A stretch of DNA of 64,000 nt from positions 1,184,001-1,248,000 of the forward strand of contig OY970368.1 of the NCBI GenBank assembly GCA_963718615.1. The letters run 5' to 3'. The translations under genes and the position numbers were made by a program. Shown here piece after piece: positions 30,109 to 40,830 of the stretch. This stretch comes from an uncultured cyanobacterium (GTDB taxonomy: Bacteria; Cyanobacteriota; Cyanobacteriia; PCC-9006; JAAUQQ01). The notes under the pieces were generated by a model that saw only the letters and a list, made by a program, of their open reading frames with translations, ran no database searches and was not told the origin of the DNA. Numbering within the stretch: the stretch's first letter is position 1; every line of letters starts with the position of its first letter.

Positions 30109-30847
30109 TTAGGAGAGTAATTCGCTAAGATTGCGGATCACAATGTCTGCACCATTTTTTGTCAGCGCACTGGCGTCTCCATTATGGGCCACGCCAACGA
30201 CCCAGCCAAACTCACCCTTTCGTCCAGCCTGAACGCCTGCGATCGCATCCTCCACCACGACAGAACGCTTCGCCACAGCCCCCACCTGCTTAGCCGCTTC
30301 AAGAAACGTATCGGGCTCTGGTTTACCGGCTAAATGCAGCTGTTCTGCCCGAACACCGTCCATAATGCTGTCAAACAACTCAGTCATATCAGCTGCAGAC
30401 CAAAACCATCTTACAGTTGCGACTAGAGGAGACCACCGCTGTTTTCAGGCCCTGCGCTCGAAGATGTTGCACCACTGATACAGCGCCTTCATAGGGCGCA
30501 ATACTTTCTGCTTGCAAAGTCTCTTCAAAATATTTGTCTTTGCGACTGCCCAATTCAATCACGGACATCTCATCGGGATCAGACGTTTTATCGCCATAGG
30601 GCAGATCAATATTTCGGGAGTCTAGAAAACTTTTGATACCCTCATAGCGGGGTTTGCCATCGACATACAGCCGATAGTCCTGCTGAATATCAAATGGCTG
30701 AAAAGGACGACCTGAAGATTGAGAATACTGTTTCAAAAAGTTGTCAAACAGGCGTTTCCAACAAACTGCGTGAATCTTATCCGTGGGTGTTAGCACACCA
30801 TCAAGATCAAAAAGAACAGCATCATACCGAGCCGTTGATATAGCCAT
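30109..30847 (-). pseudogene. Beta-phosphoglucomutase-family HAD hydrolase split by a frameshift near 30400
   Basis: FDLDGVLT...VVSSSRN lies in one frame and GKPEPDTF...VVEDAIAGVQAG in another. Confidence 0.85.
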
Positions 30848-31359
30848 TTTGCTTAATCTCCATCACTACAAAATGCATCCTTTATTGATTTAGGCGGCTC
30901 AGTCTATTTGAGTCTATTTGGGTCTCAATTTTAACCTACCACAGGCTGAGCGAAATCTTGTCTGCCAAAAGCGTGATCTTTAATTCCATGGCAAGTTCGA
31001 CTCTGCTTGGATCGAGGTAATCGTTATAAGCCCTGAATGTCTTGTGATTGCGCTTATGTTGATGTTTATGCTTATTACATTCTTGCTGGTTGAACTGGTT
31101 GATTAGAGCTCACAGGTTCCTCATGCTTTATCGATATGATTTTTCTAATCGCTTTTGATGGTACTTGAAAACTGCTTAATTATCCCTTCTGCAACCCTCT
31201 CTGACATAACAATTCATCTGAATTGTATTAAGTTCTACTAACGCATTCACTCAACCATTCACTAAACCATTCAAAGGGTAGAGGTAGGCTGGAGCAATTT
31301 CTGTCAATATTCATTTGATAGCGATGATGGCGACGATGGCGAAACAACCAGTTGATACA

Positions 31360-31560
31360 GTCGATATAAGGAATTGGGGATTGGTGGCCAGGGAAAAAAG
31401 ATCTTGATTGCGCTGCAACGGATCAATCGCATGAGTTGGAGCAAGTCGAAAGTCTTCATCCAGCTTCCTCGCGAAACTATCCAGCAAGCACCGGAATCAA
31501 GCACCGGAATACAGAGAGGAATCTTTGCTAACTCGGGATTATGAGACCACACTACAGACG
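31360..31560 (+). pseudogene. Remnant of a PRC-barrel domain gene
   Basis: Frameshifted pieces read VDIRNW / WWPGKK / ILIALQRINRMSWSKSKVFIQLPRETIQQAPE / YREESLLTRDYE; a 13-bp duplication (caagcaccggaat) breaks the frame. Confidence 0.55.
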
Positions 31561-31590
31561 TTCTGATCGGCTCACCCAGGAACTCAAACC

Positions 31591-34014
31591 ATGCAAACGA
31601 TGCAACACAATGTCCTAACTCCAGTAATGCTCCACAAAATGGATGCCTACTGGCGAGCGGCCAACTATCTGTCGGTCGGGCAGATTTATCTGTTCGACAA
31701 TCCGTTGCTGAAACGCCCGCTGGAACCTACGGACATTAAGCACATGCTGCTGGGGCACTGGGGCACAACGCCGGGACAAAATTTTATCTACGTCCATCTG
31801 AACCGGGTGATCAAAAAATACAACCTTGACATGATCTATGTCTCCGGTCCGGGGCACGGCGGTCCAGCAGTCGTGGCCAACACCTACCTTGAGGGAACTT
31901 ACAGCGAGATCTATCCCCATATCAGTCGGGACGAAGCCGGGTTGCAAAAGCTTTTCAAACAGTTTTCGTTCCCCGGCGGCATTCCCAGCCATGCCTCGCC
32001 GGAATGTCCCGGTTCAATTCACGAAGGCGGTGAGTTGGGCTATTCCCTCAGCCATTCGTTCGGCGCGGTGTTTGATAATCCTGATCTGGTCGTGGCCTGC
32101 GTGATTGGCGATGGCGAGGCGGAAACCGGACCGCTGGCAACGGCGTGGCAATCCAACAAGTTTCTCAATCCCGTCACCGATGGTGCAGTGCTGCCCATCC
32201 TGCATCTCAATGGCTACAAGATCGCCAATCCCACCATCCTCGCGCGGCTCGAACCGGAAGAGTTAGACCAGTTGCTGCGCGGAAACGGCTGGACACCCCA
32301 CTACGTTGAGGGAGATGACCCAGCGTTGATGCACGAGGCTATGGCCGCGACGCTCGATCTAGCAATTGAGGAGATCCAACGCATCCAGCACGAAGCCCGT
32401 GTCAACAGCAACACCAAGCGTCTGCGCTGGCCCATGATTGTGCTGCGATCGCCAAAGGGCTGGACCGGACCAAAGTGGGTGGACGGACAACAAATCGAGG
32501 GAACCTTCCGGGCGCATCAAGTGCCGCTTTCCGATCCACGAACGCATCCCGAACATCTGAAACAGCTTGAAGCATGGCTGCGTAGCTACCGACCGGAGGA
32601 ACTTTTCGACGAGCAAGGGCGGTTGCAGCCGGAACTGGCGGAATTGGCACCAGTGGGCGATCGCCGCATGGGAGCCAACCCCCACGCCAACGGCGGTCTG
32701 CTGCTGCGCGATTTGGTCATGCCCGACTTTCGCCAATACGCGGTGAATGTCCCTGCCCCCGGAGCGGTGCAGGCTGCTGACGCCCACCAGCTCGGTGTGT
32801 TCCTGCGGGACGTAGTTCAGCTCAACCAGGACCAGCGTAATTTCAGAATTTTTGGCCCCGATGAAACCCTCTCTAACCGGTTGGGCTCAGTGTTTGAGGT
32901 GACGAACCGCCAGTGGGATGCCCAAACCCAGGATAACGATGAGTTTCTGGCCACCGATGGTCGCGTCATGGAGATGTTGAGTGAGCATCAGTGTGAGGGT
33001 TGGCTGGAGGGCTACCTGCTCACGGGGCGACATGGCTTTTTCAACTGCTACGAGGCGTTCATCCACATCATTGATTCGATGTTTAACCAGCACGCCAAGT
33101 GGCTGAAGGTGACGGCAGGGCTACCGTGGCGGCGACCGATCGCATCCTTAAACTACCTGTTGGCCTCCCACGTCTGGCAGCAAATGCACAACGGTTTTAC
33201 CCATCAAGACCCTGGGTTTATCGATCACGTGGTGAATAAAAAAGCCGCCGTTGTGCGCGTTTACCTGCCGCCCGATGCCAACTGCCTGCTGTCGGTTTGG
33301 GACCATTGTTTGCGCAGTCGCCATTATGTCAACGTGGTCATCGCGGGCAAGTATCAAGCCCCGCAGTGGCTGACGATGGCAGAGGCTATTCAGCATTGCG
33401 CCGCAGGCATTGGGATTTGGGCTTGGGCCAGCAGCGATGGCGGCAGAGAACCCGATGTGGTCATGGCCTGCTGCGGCGATGTACCCACTCTAGAGACCCT
33501 AGCCGCCGTTTCGATTCTACGAGAGCATTTGCCCGACTTGAAAATCCGCGTGGTCAATGTCGTTGACCTGATGCGACTGCAGCCGGAAAGCGAGCATCCC
33601 CACGGACTCAGCGATCGCGATTTCGACCAGCTTTTTACCCAGGATAAACCCATCATCTTCGCCTTCCACGCCTACCCTTGGCTCATCCATCGGCTGACCT
33701 ATCGCCGTACCAACCACGAGAACATCCACGTACGGGGCTACAAGGAAGAAGGCACCATTACGACGCCCTTTGACATGACGGTGCTGAACGACCTCGACCG
33801 CTTTCATTTGGTGATGGATGTGGTCGATCGCTTACCACAGTTGGGCAGTGAGGGTGCTGATCTCAAACAGAGAATGCAAGACAAGCTGATCGAGCACAAA
33901 CTTTACATTGACCAACATGGACAAGACTTACCAGAAATCCGCAACTGGAAATGGCATGCGGATGCAACACAGCCAGGGGACGTGCGGGTGGAAACAACGC
34001 CTGTACCAGCCTGA
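31591..34014 (+). CDS. xfp: Phosphoketolase (XFP family)
   Basis: [36 protein letters not shown] and [10 protein letters not shown]. Confidence 0.97.
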   Translation: MQTMQHNVLTPVMLHKMDAYWRAANYLSVGQIYLFDNPLLKRPLEPTDIKHMLLGHWGTTPGQNFIYVHLNRVIKKYNLDMIYVSGPGHGGPAVVANTYLEGTYSEIYPHISRDEAGLQKLFKQFSFPGGIPSHASPECPGSIHEGGELGYSLSHSFGAVFDNPDLVVACVIGDGEAETGPLATAWQSNKFLNPVTDGAVLPILHLNGYKIANPTILARLEPEELDQLLRGNGWTPHYVEGDDPALMHEAMAATLDLAIEEIQRIQHEARVNSNTKRLRWPMIVLRSPKGWTGPKWVDGQQIEGTFRAHQVPLSDPRTHPEHLKQLEAWLRSYRPEELFDEQGRLQPELAELAPVGDRRMGANPHANGGLLLRDLVMPDFRQYAVNVPAPGAVQAADAHQLGVFLRDVVQLNQDQRNFRIFGPDETLSNRLGSVFEVTNRQWDAQTQDNDEFLATDGRVMEMLSEHQCEGWLEGYLLTGRHGFFNCYEAFIHIIDSMFNQHAKWLKVTAGLPWRRPIASLNYLLASHVWQQMHNGFTHQDPGFIDHVVNKKAAVVRVYLPPDANCLLSVWDHCLRSRHYVNVVIAGKYQAPQWLTMAEAIQHCAAGIGIWAWASSDGGREPDVVMACCGDVPTLETLAAVSILREHLPDLKIRVVNVVDLMRLQPESEHPHGLSDRDFDQLFTQDKPIIFAFHAYPWLIHRLTYRRTNHENIHVRGYKEEGTITTPFDMTVLNDLDRFHLVMDVVDRLPQLGSEGADLKQRMQDKLIEHKLYIDQHGQDLPEIRNWKWHADATQPGDVRVETTPVPA

Positions 34015-34026
34015 AGCAAAGCAAAG

Positions 34027-34164
34027 ATGGTTGGGGAAAACAAGTGGGAGCACGCCATGGCAACCCTCTCCAAACCATTTACAAAAGCGGCGATTCGCTA
34101 CTTTGATCATACCAATGTCAATGCAGCACGAGAGTGGTTAGGTGAATCGCAGAACAAGGCTTGA
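34027..34164 (+). pseudogene. C-terminal remnant of a SpoIIAA-like (STAS/SEC14) protein
   Basis: MVGENKWEHAMATLSKPFTKAAIRYFDHTNVNAAREWL; N-terminal two-thirds absent; not in the ORF track. Confidence 0.6.
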
Positions 34165-34193
34165 GCCCATCACAATTACAAGCGGAAACTACT

Positions 34194-34550
34194 ATGCAAG
34201 TCCAAATTCGTACCGGCCATAACATCCAAGGTCACGAAGCACTCGCCACTCAGGTTAGTGGTGTCGTGGAAGAGAGCCTAAGCCAATTCAGCGATCGCAT
34301 CACCTCTGTTGATGTTCACCTGAGCGATGTGAACAGCGACAAGAAGGGTGGCAATGACAATATGCGCTGCATGCTCGAAGCTCACCTCGAAGGACTCCAA
34401 CCCCTTGCGGTTACCGATCAGGCTGCCACCCTAGACCAGGCGGTTGACGGGGCAGCGGAGAAATTGACCCACCTGATCGAGCATACCCTTGGGCGGCTAG
34501 AACATGAAGCAAGTCATCGGACTGACCCACCGCTATCGCGCTCGGTTTAG
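34194..34550 (+). CDS. HPF/RaiA family ribosome-associated protein
   Basis: MQVQI...RITSVDVHLSDVNSDKKG...RCMLEAHLEG...AVDGAAEKL. Confidence 0.85.
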   Translation: MQVQIRTGHNIQGHEALATQVSGVVEESLSQFSDRITSVDVHLSDVNSDKKGGNDNMRCMLEAHLEGLQPLAVTDQAATLDQAVDGAAEKLTHLIEHTLGRLEHEASHRTDPPLSRSV

Positions 34551-34582
34551 GGCTGCATTATTCACACCAGAAGGAGATTGTC

Positions 34583-34987
34583 ATGAGTACACAACTAGGA
34601 CTGTGGATTGACCACAAGAAGGCAACGATCGTAACGGTTACAGGGCAAGGGGAAGCGATCAGCGAAGTCCACTCGGATGTAGAAACACAGCTCCGACGAT
34701 CTGGCGATTCACCTCTGAAAGGCTCTTACGAAGCCCTTCAGGTACCTGCCGATGATAGCCGTCAGCGAGCGCTGACGGGAGAACTGAATACGTACTACGA
34801 CGAGGTGATTGGGCAGATTCGGGATGCGGATTCGATTCTGATTGTTGGACCAGGTGTCGCTAAGCATGAGCTGCAAAAGCGGCTAGAAGAAAATCGGCTT
34901 GGCGCGAAGATTGTCGGGGTTGAAACCGTTGATAATCTGACCGACCCTCAGCTTGCCGCCAAGGTGAGGCAACACTTTGCCAAATAG
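34583..34987 (+). CDS. Small eRF1-middle-domain-like ('translational machinery') protein
   Basis: GLWIDHKKA...YYDEVI...ILIVGPGVAKHEL...VETVDNLTDPQLAA; AGGAG SD upstream. Confidence 0.65.
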   Translation: MSTQLGLWIDHKKATIVTVTGQGEAISEVHSDVETQLRRSGDSPLKGSYEALQVPADDSRQRALTGELNTYYDEVIGQIRDADSILIVGPGVAKHELQKRLEENRLGAKIVGVETVDNLTDPQLAAKVRQHFAK

Positions 34988-35038
34988 CCTTTACCCAATA
35001 GCTTTTACCCAATAGCCTTTGGCAAATAGCCTTTGCCA
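34981..35038 (+). repeat. 14-bp tandem repeat x4 (caatagcYttt..c) over the stop codon
   Basis: caaatagcctttac-ccaatagcttttac-ccaatagcctttgg-caaatagcctttgc. Confidence 0.85.
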
Positions 35039-35074
35039 AGGAAATCAAGTCGGAAGTCCAAAGATTGAGGTGAC

Positions 35075-35461
35075 GTGATGTATTACATCGTCGAGACTCA
35101 GAAATCATTCAGTCAGGCAGTAACCGACCTTAAAATAGCGGTTGCACATCATGGCTTTGGGGTACTCCATATCCACGACCTGGGAAACACCCTTCGTACT
35201 AAAGGCATTGCTTTTGGGGAAGAGTGCAAGATCTTTGAAGTCTGCAATCCAGGACAGGCAGCAAGGGTTTTGACTACTGATATGCGCCTCAATATGGCGT
35301 TACCCTGTCGGATCTCTGTATTCACGGAGAAAGGCACAACAAAAATCGGCATGATCAAGCCCGCGCAAATGCTTTCATCGTTGTCTCAGGATGTCGCGTT
35401 AGATCAAGTTGCGAATGAGGTTGAGGTCAAGACAATTCAGATGATTGACGAGGCCCAATAA
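35075..35461 (+). CDS. DUF302 domain protein
   Basis: GFGVLHIHD, IFEVCNP and ALPCRISV. Confidence 0.88.
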   Translation: MMYYIVETQKSFSQAVTDLKIAVAHHGFGVLHIHDLGNTLRTKGIAFGEECKIFEVCNPGQAARVLTTDMRLNMALPCRISVFTEKGTTKIGMIKPAQMLSSLSQDVALDQVANEVEVKTIQMIDEAQ

Positions 35462-35517
35462 AGACTCGCTATCTCAATCGCTGATCAATTAACTTGTCGT
35501 TAGTGAGACTAAAATCG

Positions 35518-36390
35518 ATGAAATGGCAACAATTCGTGCTGGCTTTTATAGCCACCGTTTGCTTCTTCTTTGCAGGTAATGTCTTAGCACAAACTGATAT
35601 CAATCTTAATAATGCTAACCTTATTCGTTTTGGCGGCAGTATAACCGTATCAGAGAATCAAACTGTCGAAAATGCCATTGCCTTTGGTGGGAGCGTGACG
35701 GTCTCTCCTAATGCCAAAGTTGTGGATACTGCGATCGCCTTTGGCGGCGATGTCATCCTGCAAAAAGGAGCGCAGGTAGAAGGTGATGCTTACTCCTTTG
35801 GTGGGAAGATCCTAGAGGAACCCGGTGCGGTCGTGGGTGGTGAACGCGCCACATTCAGCGATCGCCATGGCATGATGTACGGCTCTGGTAGAGGCAGAAG
35901 TAGCTTCTTCGCTCAGTATTTTTTCAGTGCCATTTTTAGAATCAGTACCGCCATAGTAGCCACTCTTCTCGGGCTGATTATCTTGCAAACTAGCCCACAG
36001 TTTTTGCCGATTTTAGCCACGAAGTTGCGTCAACACTCTGCTCTAACCGCTCTATGGGGGATCGGAGCGCTCGTTTCCTTTGTCTTTGCCACCGTATTTT
36101 TGGCGATTACGCTCATTGGTATTCCGCTGATTCCACTCTTAAGCCTAACTACGGTGATCGTGGCTTTAGTCGGCTCATTGGGTGTAGTGCTTTTTATTGG
36201 TCAATGCCTCATTCAGGATGGCAACCGATCGTTACAGCAGCAGTTCTTGTTGGGCTTGGCGAGCGTGACTGCTCTAACACTCATTCCATTTTTCGGAGGG
36301 TTGGTCGTTTTCCTACTAAATCTGTTCGGATTGGGTGTCATCTTGCTATGGAAATTTGGCAGAGAAAAACCTCAAATAGCGATTGAATGA
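35518..36390 (+). CDS. Membrane protein with N-terminal beta-helix (bactofilin-like) repeats
   Basis: Signal peptide, AIAFGG(S/D)V repeats, and C-terminal TM segments (LAITLIGIPL, LIPFFGGL). Confidence 0.7.
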   Translation: MKWQQFVLAFIATVCFFFAGNVLAQTDINLNNANLIRFGGSITVSENQTVENAIAFGGSVTVSPNAKVVDTAIAFGGDVILQKGAQVEGDAYSFGGKILEEPGAVVGGERATFSDRHGMMYGSGRGRSSFFAQYFFSAIFRISTAIVATLLGLIILQTSPQFLPILATKLRQHSALTALWGIGALVSFVFATVFLAITLIGIPLIPLLSLTTVIVALVGSLGVVLFIGQCLIQDGNRSLQQQFLLGLASVTALTLIPFFGGLVVFLLNLFGLGVILLWKFGREKPQIAIE

Positions 36391-36488
36391 GCAGAACCGC
36401 GTGAATGCTCAAAGGGAGATAAAACAACGATCTTCTTTTAAATCAAAGAATTTGTAGTCAAGCAATAACTACATTATCCAATTAAAGG

Positions 36489-36863
36489 ATGTCCATGATC
36501 AACAGAGAGAAATTTATTAGTCTTGCGGTTGGGACAACCCTTGCGATCGGGACAACATCTTATTTACTCAGCGATAAACGGAATCTTGTCAGAGCCGACA
36601 TCAAATCGATAGACGATAGCAGTGTAACGCTCAAGCTGGACGAAAAAGAAATTCTATTTTTTGCGTCCCTCGCACCCAGCGGTCACAATACACAACCATG
36701 GTTCGTTCAATATCTCGAACCCTATCACTGGATTATTGGCAACGATCGCCATAAGTGGCTACCTGCCGTTGACCCAATGCAGAGAGAGACGATGTTATCG
36801 ATCGGCGCGTTCATGCAAAACCTGGACTATGCCGCTGGCGCTTTTGGCTACCGCTTTACCTGA
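36489..36863 (+). pseudogene. Truncated Acg-like nitroreductase/FMN-binding protein
   Basis: LAPSGHNTQPW...LPAVDP...SIGAF.QNL, then a stop after 124 aa. Confidence 0.7.
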
Positions 36864-36911
36864 TTCATTTCTCCGCATAAAGATGAACCTTCCAGAGTGG
36901 AGTAGCAGGAA

Positions 36912-37570
36912 ATGAATGCCCAAAAGCTGATAGACACTGCAAAGATGCTGGTTGCTAACAACAAGGGTCTACTGGCAATTGATGAAAGCAAGCCAACCTG
37001 CAACAAACGCTTTGCCAAGTTGGGAATTCCCCAGAATGAGGAATGTCGGCGTGCCTATCGGGAGTTGATTATCACCACAGTCGGTTTGATGGAGGGAGCG
37101 CATACCTTAGAACAGTGCCGCGAGGTGACGGAGGAGGTGTTACGCGATCGGTGTTCAGTCAGTTGGTGGTTCAACAGGTGCTGCTGGAGGGCATGATCCT
37201 GAAACCCAATATGGTGTTGTCGGGATCGAACTGTTCTCAGCAAGCAGCGGTAGATGAAGTTGCTGATGCCACAGTACAATGTCTATTGCGAACGGTTCCC
37301 GCTGCCGTGCCGGGGATTGCATTCCTGTCAGGCGGTCAATCCAGTGAACCGGCCTCGGCGCGTTTGAATGCCATGAATATTCGGTTTAAAGCGCCCTGGG
37401 CATTGACGTTTTCCTTTGGACGCGCCATTCAGCAACCCGCATTAGAACTTTGGCAAGGCAAGGAGGAGAATATATCAGCGGCACAACAGGTGCTGCTACA
37501 TCGAGCCAAGTGTAATGGAGCAGCGCGTCAGAGCAAATACAATACGGCGATGGAAGGGACGAGATCGTGA
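36912..37570 (+). pseudogene. Class I fructose-bisphosphate aldolase pseudogene (internal deletion plus frameshift)
   Basis: KGLLAIDES...RRAYRELIITT joins directly to MEGAHTLEQC; LEGMILKPNMV, FLSGGQS and FSFGRA lie in a second frame. Confidence 0.88.
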
Positions 37571-37825
37571 ACACCGGCCTCTCCACCCCCCTACCAATGC
37601 CAGGGCTTGGGCTGTGGCAAACAGTTTAACGCCCTCACAGGAAGTCTCTTCGCGGGTCGCCACCAATCCTTGCGAGTGTGGATATGCTGCTTGTACTTGA
37701 TGGGATTGAACCTCTCAAATGCTCAGATCGCGCAAGAGCTGCGGATGAACAAAGATGATGTGCATCAAATGGCAACACAACTGAGAGAGGGAATCGTAGA
37801 ACCCCCTCGTCTTCAGGCAAAGTAG
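37556..37825 (+). mobile_element. Transposase N-terminal remnant, IS1595-like (Zn ribbon plus HTH)
   Basis: YQCQGLGCGKQFNALTGSLFAGRHQSLRVWICCLYLMGLNLSNAQIAQEL; no DDE domain. Confidence 0.65.
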
Positions 37826-37843
37826 TAGTCAACTCAAGCCTCC

Positions 37844-38662
37844 TTAGCCAAACCGCCCGCTGATATAGTCGTGGGTTTCTTTCTGCTGGGGTGAGCTGAA
37901 AATATCCTGGGTTTTGTTGTATTCCACCAAGTAACCAAACCGACTGCCGCCCTCACCTGCTTCCGCATTGAAGAACGCGGTCATATCCGAGACCCGTGAA
38001 GCTTGCTGCATGTTGTGGGTAACGATCACAATGGTGAATTGCTCCTTCAGTTGGTGCATGAGCTCCTCAACCCGCAGCGTTGAAATAGGGTCTAGCGCTG
38101 AACAGGGCTCATCCATCAAAATGACTTCTGGCTCAATGGCGATGGTCCGAGCAATGCAGAGGCGCTGCTGCTGTCCGCCGGAGAGCGCGAGGCCACTTTG
38201 CTTGAGCTTGTCTTTGACCTCATCCCAGATGGCTGCTGCTCGGAGCGATCGCTCCACCAGTTCATCCATGTTGCCGCGAAAGCCATTGATCCTCGCCCCA
38301 AAGGCAATATTTTCGTAAATCGACTTGGGAAAAGGATTGGGTTTTTGAAACACCATGCCGATCCGGCGACGCACTTCCACCGGGTCCGTTCCCTTAGCAT
38401 AGAGATCTTGGCCATGGAAGCTAATCCGGCCATCCACCCGAGCGCTAGCGACGAGATCATTCAGACGGTTGAAGCAACGGAGCAGGGTGCTTTTGCCGCA
38501 GCCGGAAGGACCAATAAAGGCTGTCACCTGGTTTTTGGGAATATCCATAAAGACATTCCGCACCGCCTGGAAATCACCGTAGTAAACGCTGACGTTTTCG
38601 GCTTTGAGGGCGATTTGGCTGTCGGCGATCGCCGTAGAAGATTGAAGGGGAGAGCTCTGCAT
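37844..38662 (-). CDS. pstB: Phosphate ABC ATP-binding protein
   Basis: [27 protein letters not shown] and DEPCSALDP. Confidence 0.96.
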   Translation of the reverse strand: MQSSPLQSSTAIADSQIALKAENVSVYYGDFQAVRNVFMDIPKNQVTAFIGPSGCGKSTLLRCFNRLNDLVASARVDGRISFHGQDLYAKGTDPVEVRRRIGMVFQKPNPFPKSIYENIAFGARINGFRGNMDELVERSLRAAAIWDEVKDKLKQSGLALSGGQQQRLCIARTIAIEPEVILMDEPCSALDPISTLRVEELMHQLKEQFTIVIVTHNMQQASRVSDMTAFFNAEAGEGGSRFGYLVEYNKTQDIFSSPQQKETHDYISGRFG

Positions 38663-38756
38663 AAAAATCAACTCACAAATAAAACGCTAAGACTGAAAGA
38701 ACTAGGACTGAAAGGGGTAGGAACGCCAGGGGACAATGAAGGGGCCATGCGCCAGC

Positions 38757-39629
38757 CTAGAAAACCTGTCGCTTCGCAATTCGCCGCGCCACAATGCTGA
38801 TGACCAAAATGATACCGACAACAATGAGCGACGCGGCCCAAGCCAGATCCTTTTGATTCTGGAAGGGGGAGGTCGAGAAGTTATAAATCAGGACCGAAAG
38901 GGTTGCAGTGGGGTCGGAGAGGGACTTGGCGTCAAACTGGTTAAACAGCGCCGTAAACAGGAGAGGAGCCGTTTCGCCAATGGCCCGCGCCAAGGATAGC
39001 GTTACCCCTGTGGCGATAAAGGGGAGTGCCGAGGGCAGCACAATCTTGGCGATCGTCTGGAAATTGGTCGCGCCCAACCCAATCGCCCCTTGGCGAATAT
39101 CGGGGGGAATCGATTTCAAGCCTTCTTCAGCAGTTCGCTCCACAATGGGCAGCATGAGCACTGCCAAGGCAACACCACCGGCCCAAGCAGAAAAGCTACC
39201 GACGGTTAAGACGACGACGCCATAGGCAAACAGGCCCGCAATAATCGACGGTACACCACTCAAAACGTTGATGCCAAACCGCACAAACCGGGCAAACTGG
39301 GTGTCTCGCGCAAACTCAGAGACATAAACCGCCACCAAGATCCCAAAGGGAACGCTCAGCAGCGACGCAATCAACAGCACCCAAAAGGTTCCAGCCAAGG
39401 CATTGCGAAACCCACCGCCATCTACCATGGGTGGCGGCGGCAGTTCCGTAAAAACCTGGGGATTGAGATGGGTAATCCCGTTGGTAATTACCGTCCAAAG
39501 AATCGAAAACAAGGGCAACGCCGCCAACAGTGCACAGAGCACCACAAGGGTGGTCATGAAGGACCCAAAGGCTTTACGCCTGGGGGAAACCCCTTGGGCA
39601 AACTGGGAGTTTGAGGAAGACTGAGTCAT
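38757..39629 (-). CDS. pstA: Phosphate ABC permease
   Basis: LSGVPSIIAGLF and ARAIGETAPL. Confidence 0.95.
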   Translation of the reverse strand: MTQSSSNSQFAQGVSPRRKAFGSFMTTLVVLCALLAALPLFSILWTVITNGITHLNPQVFTELPPPPMVDGGGFRNALAGTFWVLLIASLLSVPFGILVAVYVSEFARDTQFARFVRFGINVLSGVPSIIAGLFAYGVVVLTVGSFSAWAGGVALAVLMLPIVERTAEEGLKSIPPDIRQGAIGLGATNFQTIAKIVLPSALPFIATGVTLSLARAIGETAPLLFTALFNQFDAKSLSDPTATLSVLIYNFSTSPFQNQKDLAWAASLIVVGIILVISIVARRIAKRQVF

Positions 39630-39671
39630 GATGCTTAAGAGCCAACGGGGTTAATCTTGATCGGAGTGGGT

Positions 39672-40634
39672 CTAGCGTTCTACTTGTTGGAAGCGGCTAA
39701 TCACCACTTCCGCCAGAATATTGACGGCTAGCGTGATCACCATTAGCACTAAACCGGCATAGAGCAGTGAAGCCCGCTGTAGACCGGAGGCTTCTCCGAA
39801 CTGGTTGGCAATCATGGAGGCGATGGTTTGCCCAGAGTCGAAAAGGGAGACACTAATTGTATTTTTGCTACCAATCAGCATCGCCGCGACCATGGTTTCT
39901 CCCAGGGCACGACCCAGGGCCAGCATGATCGCACCCACAATCCCTGAAAGTCCAGCGGGTAAAAGAATTTTCAGAATGGTTTCCCAACGGGTGGCCCCGA
40001 GGGCTAAGGCTCCTTGGCGCAGTTGAGGTGGGAGCGAAACCAAGGTATCCCGTGAAATTGAAATAATCGTGGGCGAAATCATGATGGCCAGAATCAAACT
40101 GGTGTACATGATGCCGACGTTGGTGGGGGAGGTGCTAAACAGTGGGATCCAACCGAACAGGTTGTGTATCAGTTCTAAAAAGGGCTTGATGAAGGGAATA
40201 AACACAACGATCGCCCAAAGCCCATAAACCACACTCGGCACCGCTGCCAGCAGCTCAATCACAAAAGCGATCGGTGTCCGCAGTGGGGGGGGTAAAAAAT
40301 CTTCGGTGAGAAAAACCGCAATTCCCACACCCAAAGGAACGGCAATCATCAAAGCCACCAGCGAACTCACCACCGTGCCGTAGATCAAGGGCAGGGCTCC
40401 AAAGATCTCGTCCTGGACGCTCCAGCGGTTAGAGAACAGAAAGCCTAAGCCAAATTTGGCGATTGCCGGATAAGCCGTCTGAAACAGCGTCACCAAAATC
40501 CACAGCAGAACCCCCGCAATACCAATGGCAAAGGCTGCCGTTAACCAGTAGAAGGCGCGATCGAACAAACGGGCTATCACCAAAGATTCAGCCTTGGCCA
40601 TGGAAGCAGGAGAGCGAGTCGTCGTTGGAGCCAT
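39672..40634 (-). CDS. pstC: Phosphate ABC permease
   Basis: ELLAAVPSVVYGLW and GRALGETM. Confidence 0.95.
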   Translation of the reverse strand: MAPTTTRSPASMAKAESLVIARLFDRAFYWLTAAFAIGIAGVLLWILVTLFQTAYPAIAKFGLGFLFSNRWSVQDEIFGALPLIYGTVVSSLVALMIAVPLGVGIAVFLTEDFLPPPLRTPIAFVIELLAAVPSVVYGLWAIVVFIPFIKPFLELIHNLFGWIPLFSTSPTNVGIMYTSLILAIMISPTIISISRDTLVSLPPQLRQGALALGATRWETILKILLPAGLSGIVGAIMLALGRALGETMVAAMLIGSKNTISVSLFDSGQTIASMIANQFGEASGLQRASLLYAGLVLMVITLAVNILAEVVISRFQQVER

Positions 40635-40830
40635 CGATTCTAGGTGCTAAGACACAAATGAGTTCAGGGGACAAATCACTGCTTAGAAGCAGTAAAAATA
40701 GAGTAATCAACCTTGGCTATGAAGCCGTTAAGACCTTATTAACGGTAGACCAAGGAAATATAGGAAAGAAGATTTATTTGAGAAATGCTCGATGAGTTTT
40801 AATAGACCCGGATGAGCATTGATAATGTTA

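Noticed and set aside
31225-31238. GTA-N8-TAC NtcA-like site upstream of xfp
   Set aside because: No properly spaced -10 box in either direction, and a 6-bp motif arises often by chance.
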